From the NCBI GenBank assembly GCA_964016885.1, contig OZ024743.1, positions 258,974,001 to 259,038,000 of the forward strand: DNA of 64,000 bases, read 5' to 3'. A program made the position numbers and the translations under genes. Source of the DNA: Eledone cirrhosa (lineage: Eukaryota). The notes under the pieces are model-generated. The model saw only the letters and a program-made list of their open reading frames with translations. It was not told where the DNA came from and ran no database searches. Positions 61,891 through 64,000 of the stretch are shown one piece after another; the first letter of the stretch is position 1, and each line of letters begins with the position of its first letter.

Positions 61891-63034
61891 GAATTCTTTA
61901 ATATAAAGAACTGTTTCTTTGTTTTTATTCATTATTTTTATTAATTTATCTTGACTCTGTTTTCCTGCGCTTTTCATCGGAAAAATATTTTGAATACATC
62001 TTATCTTTTCAGGATTTGTGGATTACATTGAGTTCTTCATACGGAATGGATACTACCGTACATTTTGGTAGATTTATCTACACACACACACACATTTATA
62101 TATATATATAAGCATTATGTAGCAAGGACTACATTATCCAATGTTTCTTACTTTTTAAAGTGTAATTTGAGGTTGATTTGGCTGCCATCTCATGTACGTA
62201 ATTCGACCACATAGAGTTTCTCTAGAAGATGTAGTGAGTTCTGCTGTCATGCTGTCAAGTCTGATGTCTCACCTAGCCACAACGTGTATATGTAATGAAA
62301 ATGTGTATTTAGTATTGCTTATCTTTTTCTCAAACGCATAGGTGGCATAAGGGAAATTAACTGATTATAATCTAGAATTAAGCCTTTGCTGTATGTATAT
62401 CTCACAGAACAGAGTATGTGCATGCATTCATGATTGGCAGGATGAGGGACCTGTTGAGACTTTCTCATTGATTCATATGCTTTTGTAATGGCTAACAGTG
62501 CCATGATCTTTTTCATGACTTTCAGGCTTTGTGGAAGGAAGGGTGGATATTATCCTCAGACAAGAGACTTGACCTGAATGTTTGCAACAGAATGAACTTC
62601 ATTAAATGCATTTTAAGTCGGGTGGTGGTATTAAACCGGATGACCAATTGCTTATCTTTGTCTGTATCTATGCATGTGTGTACATATGTGGGCGTGTATG
62701 TATGCAAATAAGACCGTCAAGAAAACACATTCAGAAAATACCATTAAACTAACCTCTGATCCACACTCATAATTCCTGCTTAACCAACCACTGATTCACA
62801 TTCATATATCTGTAAACAAACTACAGACCCACATCAGCCACTGGAATGGGGAAAACAGACGTTATCAATCTGAAACTATTATTACACAGTTTTGTGAAGT
62901 TTACCGACAGAAATGTTAAGACTCTTTTCTAACTTAAAAGAGTTGTATTGTGTTGTTTTCTGCTATTGATTCTTTCCATGTTTTTTTTTTACTTATTTTA
63001 TATGATTTAATTCTGAATACTATGGTTGTTATAG

Positions 63035-63300
63035 GAAACAAGCTGCAGGGAACCAATGCTGTTATCGAAAGGACAGGACGCTTTTATATAGCCAAGACTC
63101 TCATTTTGGAAGTACACCAGACAAAGCAGCTGCTTTTGGTACTTATCCTTACGCCAAAATAAATCATGTTCCAACTCTATCTCATTGGGTTTGGGATGTG
63201 ATTCCTTACTACCATTGTTGCATCTGGTCATCTAACTGCGAAACTTACATGAAACTTCGTCCCACCAAAAATTGTAATAATTATAAGCCTCCATCCACAA
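63035..63300 (+). CDS. mesh: mesh/SUSD2-like exon 10 (AMOP C-half); gene continues beyond the window
   Basis: ATAG|KQAAGNQCCY..GSTPDKAAAFGTYPY..VPTLSHWVWDVIPYYHCCIW..RPTKNCNNYKPP|GTAAGT; phase 2 to 1. Confidence 0.95.
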
Positions 63301-64000
63301 GTAAGTTAATATTCTATAAAATCTTCAAACACCATTCATTTAAAAGATTAACACTGATACTATTCTCGTGTTATTTTCCTTGTTTTACTTTCGGGGTTGA
63401 TAATAAAGTGTCATCCATAATAATTCTTTCTAGCATGAGTGCAAGGCCGGCAATTTAATGGAAGAGGAAAGTCGATTATATCGACCCAGTTCTTGACTTA
63501 CTTTATCGAATCTGGAAGTATTAAAGGCAAAGTTTATCCGGAGAGTATTTGAACTCAGAGTGAGGAGAGCTGGAATGAATAAGGCAAAGCATTCTGCCTG
63601 TTGCTCTAACGATTCTGCCAATTCACCGCCCTAAATACTAATAGACAAAGATAATAATTTCAATTATATTTGTATAGTAATACTTACTCGATCTAGTGAA
63701 TATAGAGAAAATCATCCTTTGCAAAAGTGTTTTCATTTTCAAAATGGAGATGTATCGATGTCAGTGTTGAAATTAATTGACAAGGCAGATAGTTAGTAGC
63801 AGGATACAATATATATATATTAAGAGATAATTAAATAAAAGAGTGAACTTAACTGACAAAGGTTAGAATGATAATAGAAAATTCAGAATAGAAATTGAAC
63901 ATCTTGCCAAAATGAAATGATTGGTGCTGGAATATGCTGTTGCAATCGCATACAGATAGGTGATTAAGAATAGTTGTTAAAGAAACGCTTTGTATACTGA

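Larger units (their letters stand above)
59833..62080 (+). mobile_element. 5'-inverted Penelope-like element: inverted pLTR (59833-60684), GIY-YIG fragment, pLTR (61274-61949) and tail
   Basis: 676-bp arms, near-identical apart from a family A SINE (about 60026-60200) in the left arm; flanked by (TA)n and (CA)n(TA)n. Confidence 0.9.

Overview
AT-rich, repeat-dense animal genomic DNA. The SINE/LINE repertoire, huge (TA)n tracts and large introns are consistent with an octopus or related cephalopod (inference). One host gene is recoverable on the + strand: a mesh/SUSD2-family secreted or membrane protein (signal peptide, NIDO, IPT/TIG, AMOP). Ten phase-compatible GT-AG coding exons run from 10548 to 63300 (about 641 codons) and the gene continues beyond the window. 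The rest is a 41-bp satellite, microsatellites, many tRNA-derived SINEs, a decayed near full-length Tx1/L1-clade LINE, RTE and R4/Dong LINE fragments, two non-autonomous Helitrons and several MITEs. The most notable unannotated signal is a set of at least five sequence-unrelated Penelope-like or retrozyme-like elements. Each carries a minimal type I hammerhead ribozyme and sits in or against (TA)n tracts, and most are folded back into long inverted repeats inside the host gene's introns. The Tx1 LINE also has an intron-like 40-nt spacer whose removal would join ORF1 to ORF2. Nearly all long ORFs in the supplied track (YI/CV/HT/poly-T) are microsatellite artefacts. Repeat boundaries were read by eye and are approximate unless termini are quoted.
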